Assembly (NCBI RefSeq): GCF_048403405.1
Contig: NZ_CP183129.1
Source: Escherichia coli
GTDB taxonomy: Bacteria > Pseudomonadota > Gammaproteobacteria > Enterobacterales > Enterobacteriaceae
DNA length: 64,000 nucleotides
Reading direction: 5' to 3' (one strand)
Below the pieces are notes generated by a model. The model made no database searches. It was not told the origin of the DNA and saw only the letters and a list, made by a program, of their open reading frames with translations. This document shows positions 21,757 to 30,038 of the stretch, piece by piece; position 1 is the stretch's first letter, and each line of letters opens with the position of its first letter. A program made the translations under genes and the position numbers.

Positions 21757-23883
21757 TTAATCTTCTGCTTCAGGCTGGAACATCAGCACGTAAAAAATAT
21801 GCTGCTTCCCGCCAATCCTGCCGAGCGCCTTTTTCTTGTAACGGCGGTCGCCTCCCGCTTCCAGCATTCCGGCAGCACTCAACGCGCGGGCAAAGTGAGA
21901 CGGATTAAATCCCTGTGCTATCTCACCCTCAAACACATGCGGGAACGTGTAAAAACGGAACTCGTCATCTTCGTTTCTGATACTCCCCTTTCTGTATCCG
22001 GCAAGGTCTTTAATCGGTAAATCACGCTCGTCGCTGTTTGGATAGGGAAGGTATCGACTGAACCCGAACGACGACAAAAACGCCTCAGCCTGTTCAACCA
22101 TCTGTTTAAATTCCCTGTTGCCCGTGCCGAATTCCTTCACCCAGGCATTAAAGTTATGCTGAACTGCATCACGGCACGCCTGAACATCCCAGCCTGTAAC
22201 ATGACCGGAAAGCACAAGCGCGGCCTCCAGTACGGCGAATCTTTCCCCCACACGGTGAACCTGCTCGCCGTAGCTCTCCGGTATCAGGTTGCGCCACCGC
22301 TCGCGACATGCCCTTACCGCGTCCTTTGCCTCCTGCTGGTGACCTGCCAGCCATTTAACCCACTCACGACCTGCCGCCCCGTGATTTTCTGTCCAGGCAT
22401 CTTTTAACGCGTCTGCGTGCGCCTTTCCGGTGCTGTATTCGTGAAACTGCGATGCCTTTTCCATCGGCACGTTAAGCAGACGGACAAGCTGCCCCGCTTT
22501 AATTTTTATCCCTTCCGTTTTGAGGAATGTTTCAACGTCCATTTCTCCGGTGCTGATTGCCACCGTGCGCCAGTGTTTTATCTCCCTGTTGCCGCCGTCC
22601 TTCGCCCCCTGTAATTTCCCGGAACCGTTAAACAGCGTATAGGCTGACGTGGACACCTCCCGCGCGTTTCCGGCCTGGCCTATTTCATCCAGGGGTAACA
22701 GCCCGTCATTATGTGCTTCGGCCTCGTTGGCGATACCTAACGCCGTTCCGTACCAGGTCAGCCGTTGCGCGTCCGGCTCTCCCCATAAACTTGATGCAAT
22801 GTTCTGTGTGGTGGTTTTACCTGCTGATGATTGCTCAAAAAGATGAACCCCGAAGCCGTCAGCACCCACCAGCCCGATTAATGGTGCGGATAGCGATACC
22901 GCCACACCCAGCATCATGGACGGATTACCACCAGCCAGCCGTGCCACGGTATCGCGCCAGCCCTCCGCTGTTCCCGCCACGGAATAGCCATTAACAGCGG
23001 CAGTTTTTCCGGTAAACAGGATGGGTTTCTCTGATTCACCAATGACCGAACCATCCGGCATGATGTACGCACCAAAATGCCACCCCGTTGTTGTGCTTAA
23101 CTGCCATTCCTCATGGTTTCCGCTTAACTGCATCCAGTCAGCCAGGATAGCCCTGTATTTGCCGTTGGTCGTCACGTTAAGGCCGTGGTCTTTCAGCAAC
23201 CGCCAGCCGTCACGGTCACCAATGCCTCCGCACGGGACCGCCATTGTAATGACCTCATGGTTTGCTGGTTTTTTCCAGCGCATCACGCGGTAATGCTCTT
23301 TGCCGATTGTTCCTGTTCCCAGTAGTTCAAGCGGAGAACATAACCACGTCTCAGGCCGGATAATTTCGCCTGACTGCTTGTCCACTTTGGGCGTTACCCA
23401 GAAAACACCATCGACGCGACTTTCAACACGAGGCTTTAATTCGTCATCATAATTTCCGGTGAAATTTGTCTTCGCCGGAAGGTTGATCACCAGACTGTTA
23501 CCGCGTTCCGCATCATCCTTCAGTCCAGCCATGCGCGGTGTCCAGTCCTCCGGCTGCTGATCAACAAAGCTGCGGTAGCAACGCGCCTCCTTCACACCCG
23601 CCACTGCAAGCAGTGTCGCTATCTGTGTAAGGTGCTGCTCTGATATTTCACCAGCACGATAAACGCGCACGTAATAGCGCCCTTTGTCGATGATTTGCGT
23701 GTCTGCCAGACTCGCCAGTTGTTCCGGTCCAAGAATAACTGGATGTGTATCATCTGCCGCAATATGCTTTCCGGCCCATTCGCTCCACTCTTTCGCATGT
23801 GCCCAGGCATCACTACCCGCAAAGATAATCACCTCCGTCATTTTGTCTTTCGGCTGGTGCTTTAAATTCGGTGCGCGTTTCAT
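21757..23883 (-). CDS. primase/helicase-type replication initiator (P-loop NTPase, P4-alpha/DUF927-like)
   Basis: 708-aa ORF with Walker A-like FEQSSAGKTTT; followed by iteron ori as in satellite rep genes. Confidence 0.7.
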   Translation of the reverse strand: MKRAPNLKHQPKDKMTEVIIFAGSDAWAHAKEWSEWAGKHIAADDTHPVILGPEQLASLADTQIIDKGRYYVRVYRAGEISEQHLTQIATLLAVAGVKEARCYRSFVDQQPEDWTPRMAGLKDDAERGNSLVINLPAKTNFTGNYDDELKPRVESRVDGVFWVTPKVDKQSGEIIRPETWLCSPLELLGTGTIGKEHYRVMRWKKPANHEVITMAVPCGGIGDRDGWRLLKDHGLNVTTNGKYRAILADWMQLSGNHEEWQLSTTTGWHFGAYIMPDGSVIGESEKPILFTGKTAAVNGYSVAGTAEGWRDTVARLAGGNPSMMLGVAVSLSAPLIGLVGADGFGVHLFEQSSAGKTTTQNIASSLWGEPDAQRLTWYGTALGIANEAEAHNDGLLPLDEIGQAGNAREVSTSAYTLFNGSGKLQGAKDGGNREIKHWRTVAISTGEMDVETFLKTEGIKIKAGQLVRLLNVPMEKASQFHEYSTGKAHADALKDAWTENHGAAGREWVKWLAGHQQEAKDAVRACRERWRNLIPESYGEQVHRVGERFAVLEAALVLSGHVTGWDVQACRDAVQHNFNAWVKEFGTGNREFKQMVEQAEAFLSSFGFSRYLPYPNSDERDLPIKDLAGYRKGSIRNEDDEFRFYTFPHVFEGEIAQGFNPSHFARALSAAGMLEAGGDRRYKKKALGRIGGKQHIFYVLMFQPEAED

Positions 23884-24182
23884 TTCTTGCCCCTGAATGC
23901 GTTAATCATGTTCTTTATTACCTGAATATTTGCCCGTGCTTTCTCTTTACTGGTGGGCTTACTGCGTGGTACTGCACATACCAGTGAAAAATCACGCCGG
24001 AACTGATGAACGGGCATCACACAGTCATAGTCGTACCCTGCGCGGCGGTATGTAATGTGCCGTTCATACACGGAATTAATAACCACGCTGTCACCATATT
24101 TATCCCGGAAAATATCCCCGATCCTGATTTTCGGGTGAGTCTGTCCGCTGGCATTTAAGCCAGTAAATTTAATCTTCTTCAT
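23880..24182 (-). CDS. hypothetical protein (100 aa)
   Basis: ORF overlapping primase/helicase start by 4 nt. Confidence 0.5.
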   Translation of the reverse strand: MKKIKFTGLNASGQTHPKIRIGDIFRDKYGDSVVINSVYERHITYRRAGYDYDCVMPVHQFRRDFSLVCAVPRSKPTSKEKARANIQVIKNMINAFRGKK

Positions 24183-24184
24183 GT

Positions 24185-24442
24185 TTATTTCCCGGTGTGA
24201 GGTTCTTCTTTATATTTATGGGCTAACAAATCTGGTAATTGCCTGTATTTATCCTCGGCAATATATTCAGAATAATCGACAGCACTGTTCAGTATATCTA
24301 ACGCCGTTTCATGCTCCAGATTCGAAACTATAAGGAACGTTGCTACTTTTAGCATATTCGCGATATGCAAAAGAGCATCAATTTCATTTTTTGGCGCTTC
24401 ACTGAATTTTTGCTCCAGAAGAATAAATCGTTCATCACGCAT
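24185..24442 (-). CDS. hypothetical protein (85 aa)
   Basis: ORF in the same operon orientation, 2 bp from downstream gene. Confidence 0.5.
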   Translation of the reverse strand: MRDERFILLEQKFSEAPKNEIDALLHIANMLKVATFLIVSNLEHETALDILNSAVDYSEYIAEDKYRQLPDLLAHKYKEEPHTGK

Positions 24443-24638
24443 AGTATTCCCCCTGACGGATGCGGGCAGTAAATACCATCACGCAGCCAGCCGGGGATTG
24501 CTGACGGGCTTCCTGTTCGCTGGCGGCCTCGATGTGTATTACGCGTGGTTGTGCGGTGCTCAGGGCGATAAAACGCCAGATGTATTTATTCAGGTTGTGC
24601 GAGTCCCGCCCTTGCGGGTGTGTGGTATGATTTAACAT
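24435..24638 (-). CDS. small protein (67 aa); possibly an Icd-like cell-division-inhibitor type protein
   Basis: C-terminal 67 codons of the 345-aa ORF have normal composition and overlap the next gene by 8 nt; the rest of that ORF looks like antisense artefact. Confidence 0.35.
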   Translation of the reverse strand: MLNHTTHPQGRDSHNLNKYIWRFIALSTAQPRVIHIEAASEQEARQQSPAGCVMVFTARIRQGEYYA

Positions 24639-24699
24639 AGCTACCTCGATACGCTTTCTATCGTTGGTGGTTAGACGCCCTGCATGTGTTGCGAGCACT

Positions 24700-24795
24700 G
24701 CGGGGCGTTGCTTAATTTGAGCAATGCAACCCAAACTGTGCGCACAGATTAAAATCATGTGTGCGCACATGTCAATACTTAACTTCTCACTTTTT
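24700..24795. promoter_or_regulatory. candidate operator/promoter region with TGTGCGCACA-type palindromes
   Basis: ctgtgcgcacag, tgtgtgcgcacatg and tgtgtgcgcccatc within ~90 bp, upstream of the + strand small gene at 24844. Confidence 0.4.
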
Positions 24796-24843
24796 TTGCT
24801 GTATTGTGTGCGCCCATCAAATCCATTTAAGTGAGGTGTACCA

Positions 24844-25041
24844 ATGTCTAGCGGAAACACAAACAACAAATCAGCAAAGAAAAATATTCGATTCCCGCAC
24901 GAGCTTATAGATGGGATTGATGCCAGTGTTGAACAAGAAAAATTAACTAATCCTAGTGCTAATTTTTCCGCATGGGTCTTAGATGCCTGTGGACGCAAAT
25001 TAAAATATGAACAGCGCCGGAAGGCCAAAGAGCAGGAGTAA
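24844..25041 (+). CDS. small DNA-binding protein, possibly ribbon-helix-helix
   Basis: 65-aa ORF with RHH-like segment IRFPHELIDGIDASV; C-terminus ...RRKAKEQE. Confidence 0.45.
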   Translation: MSSGNTNNKSAKKNIRFPHELIDGIDASVEQEKLTNPSANFSAWVLDACGRKLKYEQRRKAKEQE

Positions 25042-25098
25042 CCATCACCAGCGCCGTGGTGCGGTGAACTGTGGCGCACAGGGTTACAGGTATCTACG

Positions 25099-25296
25099 AT
25101 GACTGACAAATCATTAAAGAAATTATCCTCATCCAGGAAAAAACAACGCAAAAATGCGGTAAGCGAACAAGAACAGGAAAGATTTGCGCCATGTGCGTTT
25201 GTCCTTGAGAAGTTCTTAAAAGAGTACAGGCGCACAAAAATGGGATCGCATACCTGGAAAACATCGCAGTATGGCGATGCTAAAGAGCAGGAATAG
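25099..25296 (+). CDS. small basic protein (65 aa), shares C-terminal motif with upstream gene
   Basis: C-terminus ...YGDAKEQE repeats the AKEQE ending of the 24844 gene. Confidence 0.4.
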   Translation: MTDKSLKKLSSSRKKQRKNAVSEQEQERFAPCAFVLEKFLKEYRRTKMGSHTWKTSQYGDAKEQE

Positions 25297-25464
25297 CCCA
25301 CCAGCAAGCCAGCACACTGATCACATTGCCCACCAGCCGCAAATCTGGCATTGTTGGCGATGCGTTTGATTTCCTTTGTTCCCACTGGCGACCTATCCCG
25401 GTCGCCTTTGTTTTGCCTGTTATCCAGCAACGGGGCGCTTTTTCTTTCTGTAACGTTCGGATCG

Positions 25465-26208
25465 TTACGCATGGCTGCTCACCTCCATGCGGCGGGCTAA
25501 CCAGCGTTGCGAAAGACGAATTAATTCAGCTTTCCGCTGGTGGTAGTCCTGGCCTAACTCAATCAGCGTGATATTGCTCTGCTCAAGGTAAGAAAGGTGC
25601 TCAAGCTGCAGCGTGCTCATGTGGTCGCGTGGTTCGCCTGTGATGCCGTTCGCCTGCGCCCACTGTTTTGCAGTCATGCCACCCAGCACGATACGCGCCA
25701 GCATATTGGCTTCCGTGGTGTAGTGGTGCTGGAGCGTGTTTTTACCCAGTTCAGCGCGGTACGCCTCCAGCGCGGCACACATCGGCTTAAAGTAGCTGGC
25801 AACGGTGATACGGGCTTTCAGTTCACGGCGTAACGCTGCGGAACGCACTGGCGCTACTTTGTGTAGCTCCTCCTCGCATTTGATGAAGTACTGACGAATA
25901 GCGCGGCCCTGTTCGGTACGCTCGACCATCGCAAGTTCTTTCGCCATGTTGATGGTACTCAGGTAGTCGTGCTCTACACGTTGGCGAGATTTTGCGCTCA
26001 CCGGATTGGGGGAGGTCAAATTTTCTACAAACTCAAAATCCACGCCATTTTTAAATCCGTACTGATCAATACGCCCTTTAATCCATGTAGTGAAATCACG
26101 CTTCACACCAAGCGCCTTATGTAACGCTCTGGCGCTGACAATGGCTGTTTCATGTCCGCCAATAATGCCAGGTGATACCGGAATAAGTGCGGCGAAATCC
26201 TTAAGCAT
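25465..26208 (-). CDS. phage antirepressor-like protein (KilAC/Ant-type)
   Basis: 247-aa ORF whose C-terminal half resembles KilA-C antirepressor domains; position between Rha-like and replication genes. Confidence 0.6.
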   Translation of the reverse strand: MLKDFAALIPVSPGIIGGHETAIVSARALHKALGVKRDFTTWIKGRIDQYGFKNGVDFEFVENLTSPNPVSAKSRQRVEHDYLSTINMAKELAMVERTEQGRAIRQYFIKCEEELHKVAPVRSAALRRELKARITVASYFKPMCAALEAYRAELGKNTLQHHYTTEANMLARIVLGGMTAKQWAQANGITGEPRDHMSTLQLEHLSYLEQSNITLIELGQDYHQRKAELIRLSQRWLARRMEVSSHA

Positions 26209-26899
26209 GATTTACCCCCAGATACGGCTCAGATGTCATCAGGCTGGCGAATGTCTCCATGCGTCGGGCAACCTCCCGCACTGCTTCGGTAGGTGTCATG
26301 CCGTTCTGTATCGCCTCCTCAAATGCGGCCTGTTCGATTTTCTGCATGACAATCAGCAAGCCTAACTGCTGCTCGCTGGCTGTGCCTCGTTCGCCAGTTA
26401 CCAGACCTGTAACACGGTTCTCTGCGCGTGCCAGATTGATGTAATGGTGACGTTCTGCGCCCAGTGCTTTAAGCCCGTCACGGCTTTCGTGATAGCCTGG
26501 CAGATATTCACGGCGTACAGGCTCGGTAGCGCGATGTTTTGCGAATGCCTTCGTAACATCCAGCTTGAAGCGGTTCATGCGTTCATCATCACGACCGCGC
26601 ACAATGCGACACATGTAATCAAACTGATCGCTATTCAGGAGGGCAAACTTATGTTCACGCTCCCCGTTTTGACGGGTTTTTAATCGCTCCGTTTGAAACG
26701 GAAGGATGCCCAGTTCACGCAATCCGGTTTTGTGCTTCTGAATGAGCGAATAAAGGTTTTTGTGCTTTATGCCAATACGCTCAGCAAATAAGCGGGAATC
26801 AATGCGCGACTCCGCTTTGTGGCGAACCAGAATATCGCTCATGCTGGTTTCAGGCCGAACGAAGCCCTGCCCCTGTACGGGCGTTTTTCGCAGTTTCAT
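26201..26899 (-). CDS. phage regulatory protein, Rha-like
   Basis: N-terminal segment ...RIDSRLFAERIGIKHKNLYSLIQKH... resembles Rha/ORF6N regulators. Confidence 0.55.
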   Translation of the reverse strand: MKLRKTPVQGQGFVRPETSMSDILVRHKAESRIDSRLFAERIGIKHKNLYSLIQKHKTGLRELGILPFQTERLKTRQNGEREHKFALLNSDQFDYMCRIVRGRDDERMNRFKLDVTKAFAKHRATEPVRREYLPGYHESRDGLKALGAERHHYINLARAENRVTGLVTGERGTASEQQLGLLIVMQKIEQAAFEEAIQNGMTPTEAVREVARRMETFASLMTSEPYLGVNHA

Positions 26900-26973
26900 A
26901 AAAACACCTGCTATTAAATTAAGTTACTTTTGTTTGCTGGTGGGGTTGAACGTCATCCCCCGTAGTCATTTAA

Positions 26974-27192
26974 TCAGGCTGATGTGTTTCGGCGTTCTGC
27001 CAGCCAGTTATTAATTTCCACCGCATCAAACGCAGTCACGTTATCTGTTAGCTTCACTGGGCGTGGAAGAGTGCCATTTTTAACCCATCTATCAATAGTA
27101 GGCAGTGAAACACCTAGCAATTCCGGCATGCGAAAGCGACGGATGTATCCAGTTGTTGGGATAGCTGATGATGCTGGCTTGTGTGCTGTCAT
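26974..27192 (-). CDS. alpA: AlpA-family transcriptional regulator (excisionase-like)
   Basis: 72-aa product with HTH ...MPELLGVSLPTIDRWVKNGTLPRPVKL...EINNWL; next to integrase as in P4-like islands. Confidence 0.75.
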   Translation of the reverse strand: MTAHKPASSAIPTTGYIRRFRMPELLGVSLPTIDRWVKNGTLPRPVKLTDNVTAFDAVEINNWLAERRNTSA

Positions 27193-27663
27193 ATCTCTAG
27201 TAACCTCTCTGATAGCTCATGAAGTTACTTAAAGTTTAGTGGTTGCCCATACAGTATTTCTATTAAGACTAGAATCTATTGAAAGAAATTATAAATCTAT
27301 TGAAAAAATACCGATCCACTGAAAGATTGCAAATGCAAGTGGGATAATTATTTTCTTTATTTTCAATTAGTTACCAGTTTAAAAAATCATTGTTTTATCA
27401 AAGAGTTATATCTTTCATCGTCATTCATCATGTTTTTACATTTCCTTTTATCTTTTATTATTCAATTGGTTGAGTCGGTTTATAATGGCTCATGATGGCT
27501 TAAAATGGCTAATGATAGCTGGCGTATCTTTTAGAGATGGGGTGATTACAGATGAACTAAGCCGAACAGATATAGCAATGGCTAGGCATAGAATTATCTA
27601 TGCTGGTGGAGATGGGTAAACAGGTAATGCCCCGCCATTGCTTTGGAGGGGCGTGAAAAGTGA

Positions 27664-28314
27664 TTAGTCGAGATCGTGGACAGCTAATAAAGCCCGTGAG
27701 ATTTTTTCTAGGAATGTGGCTTTTGCTATTCCTTTATGGGATATCCCTTCATCCTTGATTAAGGTTTCTATGTCACGGTATATAGCTGTGCGATTAGGTT
27801 TCCCATTTTGGATGTAGGAAGATGAGCCTGATTTTTTTATCAGCAGATGTACTATCAACCCCATCATTTTCATTGTCCCGTTTTCCTCATCCTGCTTTCT
27901 ATGCTGCCCACGTCCGCTGCGGTTGGTTTCTTTGATGTAGTTTACTAACTGGAGTCCTCCAAGGTTTCGGGCTTTTTCTTCCCAGCCCTTGGTGCCACGC
28001 AAATCATCAATCGCTTCTGATATTTTCTGAACAATTATTTCTGGTGTATTTGTGTCAATAAATGGGTAAGAAGCTAAGAAAATATCAAGGGCATGGCAAG
28101 GCTCGTCTTTACTAGTTTTTTCACCTCTGTACACCTTGATAGCTCTGGCAAGATGAGTTCTGACAAAATCGACATATTCGAAATTTTCCTCAGGCACATC
28201 GCTAATGCGCATAGATGGGTTTAGGCCAGCCAAGGCCACAGCCATTTCATGAGGGGTAATCGATACAGATGAACAAAGCCGTTCGATTGGCGATTTTCTC
28301 AAGATGTTGTTCAC
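27664..28314 (-). CDS. hypothetical protein (216 aa) in the int-alpA variable slot
   Basis: ORF overlapping int stop by 4 nt; AT-rich; no recognisable motif. Confidence 0.6.
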   Translation of the reverse strand: MNNILRKSPIERLCSSVSITPHEMAVALAGLNPSMRISDVPEENFEYVDFVRTHLARAIKVYRGEKTSKDEPCHALDIFLASYPFIDTNTPEIIVQKISEAIDDLRGTKGWEEKARNLGGLQLVNYIKETNRSGRGQHRKQDEENGTMKMMGLIVHLLIKKSGSSSYIQNGKPNRTAIYRDIETLIKDEGISHKGIAKATFLEKISRALLAVHDLD

Positions 28315-29579
28315 ATTTGCCTCCGGGCTTTATCGAATGGCGTTACGTTGTAGTCTTTCCCGCTTTCCAGTGCCACCAGCAGATCAGCCCACTGTGCCAG
28401 CGCAGCTTTACGCTCATCAAAATACTGATGGCGGTTATAAATCCCCTCCACACCCTTAATGCGATGATTGAGGCATCGTTCCGCTACGACAGGATCAACA
28501 CCCAATGCTGCTAAATGAGTACGTGCGGTACGCCGGAAGTCGTGAATCGTGAAATTAGGCACATCCGGCATTTCGGCGCGAACCTTAGCCAGTGCTACGG
28601 GTAAAGTGCTTTCCTGAATATGTGGGATCATTCTGTTTTGCATCTTCCTGGCTGGAAGCACCCATGCGCTATTACATGAAAAGGTGTGTAGCTCTCTCAA
28701 CCATTCAACGGCAGGAGAAGGTAGAGGTATATCAATAGGGTCTCCGTTTTTGCTGCGTTCTTCCGGCAAATGCCATACCGCACCATCTAAATCAAACTCT
28801 TCCCATCGTGCGGCGCATAACTCCATCTTACGAACGCATAGTGCCAGCAATAGCTTAAATGTCAGTTCGTTCTGGCGGCTGAATCCTTTTGCGGTGCGCA
28901 TAGCCTCGAATAGCCTGATAAGCTCATCGCGAGTTAGCCAACGGTCGCGGGAAACCTCTTTACCACCAGCATCAGATACTTCAAACGCTGAACAAGGGTT
29001 TATCTCCAGAGCGTGGCGTTTTATCCCATAGTCAAAGATACGGCGTGTCCAGCGTAATACATCTGTTGCTATCGTTGGTGCTCCTCGGTCAACGATACCT
29101 TTCAACATGTCGTCAATGTGGCGTGGCTTAACGTCCTCTACCTTCATATGCCCAATGCAGGGGTTAATATCCTTATCAATTCTCCGGCGAAGGATATCGG
29201 GATGTTTCCATCTCGGAAGTATCTGTCGCTCGAAGTATTCGGCGGCCAGATCTGAAACGCGCATGGCGTTTTTCTCAGCCTCCATTTTTGCCAGTGCTTC
29301 AGCTTTTCGTTCCTGTTTTTCTGCTGCTACGTCATAGCCAAGAGCAACTCTGGCTGACAGCTCTTTTGCTATTTCTCTGGCTTTTGATAGTGACAGTTCG
29401 GAGTAAGAGCCGATAACCATAGCCCGCTGTTTTCCTGCGAGCTTATATCGGAATCGCCAGAACGGGACTGTGTAGTTTTTGGGGTAGCAAATATAAAGGC
29501 CGTTGCCGTCTGCCTTGCCATCAAATCTGTCTCCCGCCTTTATCCATGCGCGGATCTGCATATCTGTGAGTTTTGGCAT
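28311..29579 (-). CDS. int: tyrosine recombinase/integrase, P4-type
   Basis: C-terminal catalytic region ...HDFRRTARTHL...NHRIKGVEGIYNRHQYFDERK...; start taken at MPKLTDMQIRAWIKAG (ORF track extends to 29663). Confidence 0.9.
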   Translation of the reverse strand: MPKLTDMQIRAWIKAGDRFDGKADGNGLYICYPKNYTVPFWRFRYKLAGKQRAMVIGSYSELSLSKAREIAKELSARVALGYDVAAEKQERKAEALAKMEAEKNAMRVSDLAAEYFERQILPRWKHPDILRRRIDKDINPCIGHMKVEDVKPRHIDDMLKGIVDRGAPTIATDVLRWTRRIFDYGIKRHALEINPCSAFEVSDAGGKEVSRDRWLTRDELIRLFEAMRTAKGFSRQNELTFKLLLALCVRKMELCAARWEEFDLDGAVWHLPEERSKNGDPIDIPLPSPAVEWLRELHTFSCNSAWVLPARKMQNRMIPHIQESTLPVALAKVRAEMPDVPNFTIHDFRRTARTHLAALGVDPVVAERCLNHRIKGVEGIYNRHQYFDERKAALAQWADLLVALESGKDYNVTPFDKARRQM

Positions 29580-29635
29580 TGCGAATACCTGAATATCGAA
29601 TATGGGTGTGTACATAAAGCAATGTACATGAAAGT

Positions 29636-29660
29636 CATTATGTACACCTCTATGTACACG
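29636..29660. repeat. 25-bp repeat with TGTACA(C/T) motifs (right copy), upstream of int
   Basis: Four TGTACA(C/T) motifs between 29608 and 29660; 22/25 match to 10823-10847. Confidence 0.5.
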
Positions 29661-29704
29661 CATATTGTGCGCTTTGTTGCGTCGTTATGATAGCTCATGA
29701 TAAC

Positions 29705-29732
29705 AAAAAAGCCCGACATTTCGCGGGCTTTA
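29705..29732. terminator. GC-stem hairpin with flanking T-runs, possibly a bidirectional terminator
   Basis: aaaaaagcccgacatttcgcgggcttta followed by tggttttttg. Confidence 0.45.
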
Positions 29733-30038
29733 TGGTTTTTTGCTGCTTGGTGATTTTTGCTGATAGCTTATTCGATATTCTGAACATGAACCCGAATCTG
29801 CATCAAGGGTGAAGCGTGATTTATCTGAAGTCGAGTTCGAGTCAACAATGAAACGTAAGCGTTTTATGTAGAACGCCTGTGCGGTGAACTCAGGTTCCGG
29901 GGAAATAGTGTCCATCATTTTAATGGACACTATCATGGGAAATGGCTCTGTCACATCAACAACTACAGTTGCTGACCAGCCGGATGGATGATTTTTTCGC
30001 AACCAGAAGACGTTGCCTCCGATCCGGCTTACAACAAG

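Larger units (their letters stand above)
8770..29700. mobile_element. ~21 kb integrative element (satellite/PICI-like backbone with unusual cargo) inserted between cvrA and dadX
   Basis: cvrA and dadX are recalled as adjacent and convergent in K-12; here they are separated by int, alpA, antirepressors, primase/helicase, iterons, SSB, FinO-like and giant ORFs, with mosaic AT-rich stretches; boundaries approximate. Confidence 0.75.

Noticed and set aside
24435-25472. 345-aa minus-strand ORF spanning the regulatory region
   Set aside because: Translation is repetitive Cys/Ser-rich low-complexity text and is antisense to two plausible small plus-strand genes; only its last ~67 codons look like a real gene
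27211-29692. 13-bp direct repeat TGATAGCTCATGA at 27211 and 29680 as att sites of a mini-element
   Set aside because: A 13-mer coincidence is expected by chance at this window size; the 25-bp TGTACAC repeat is a better boundary candidate
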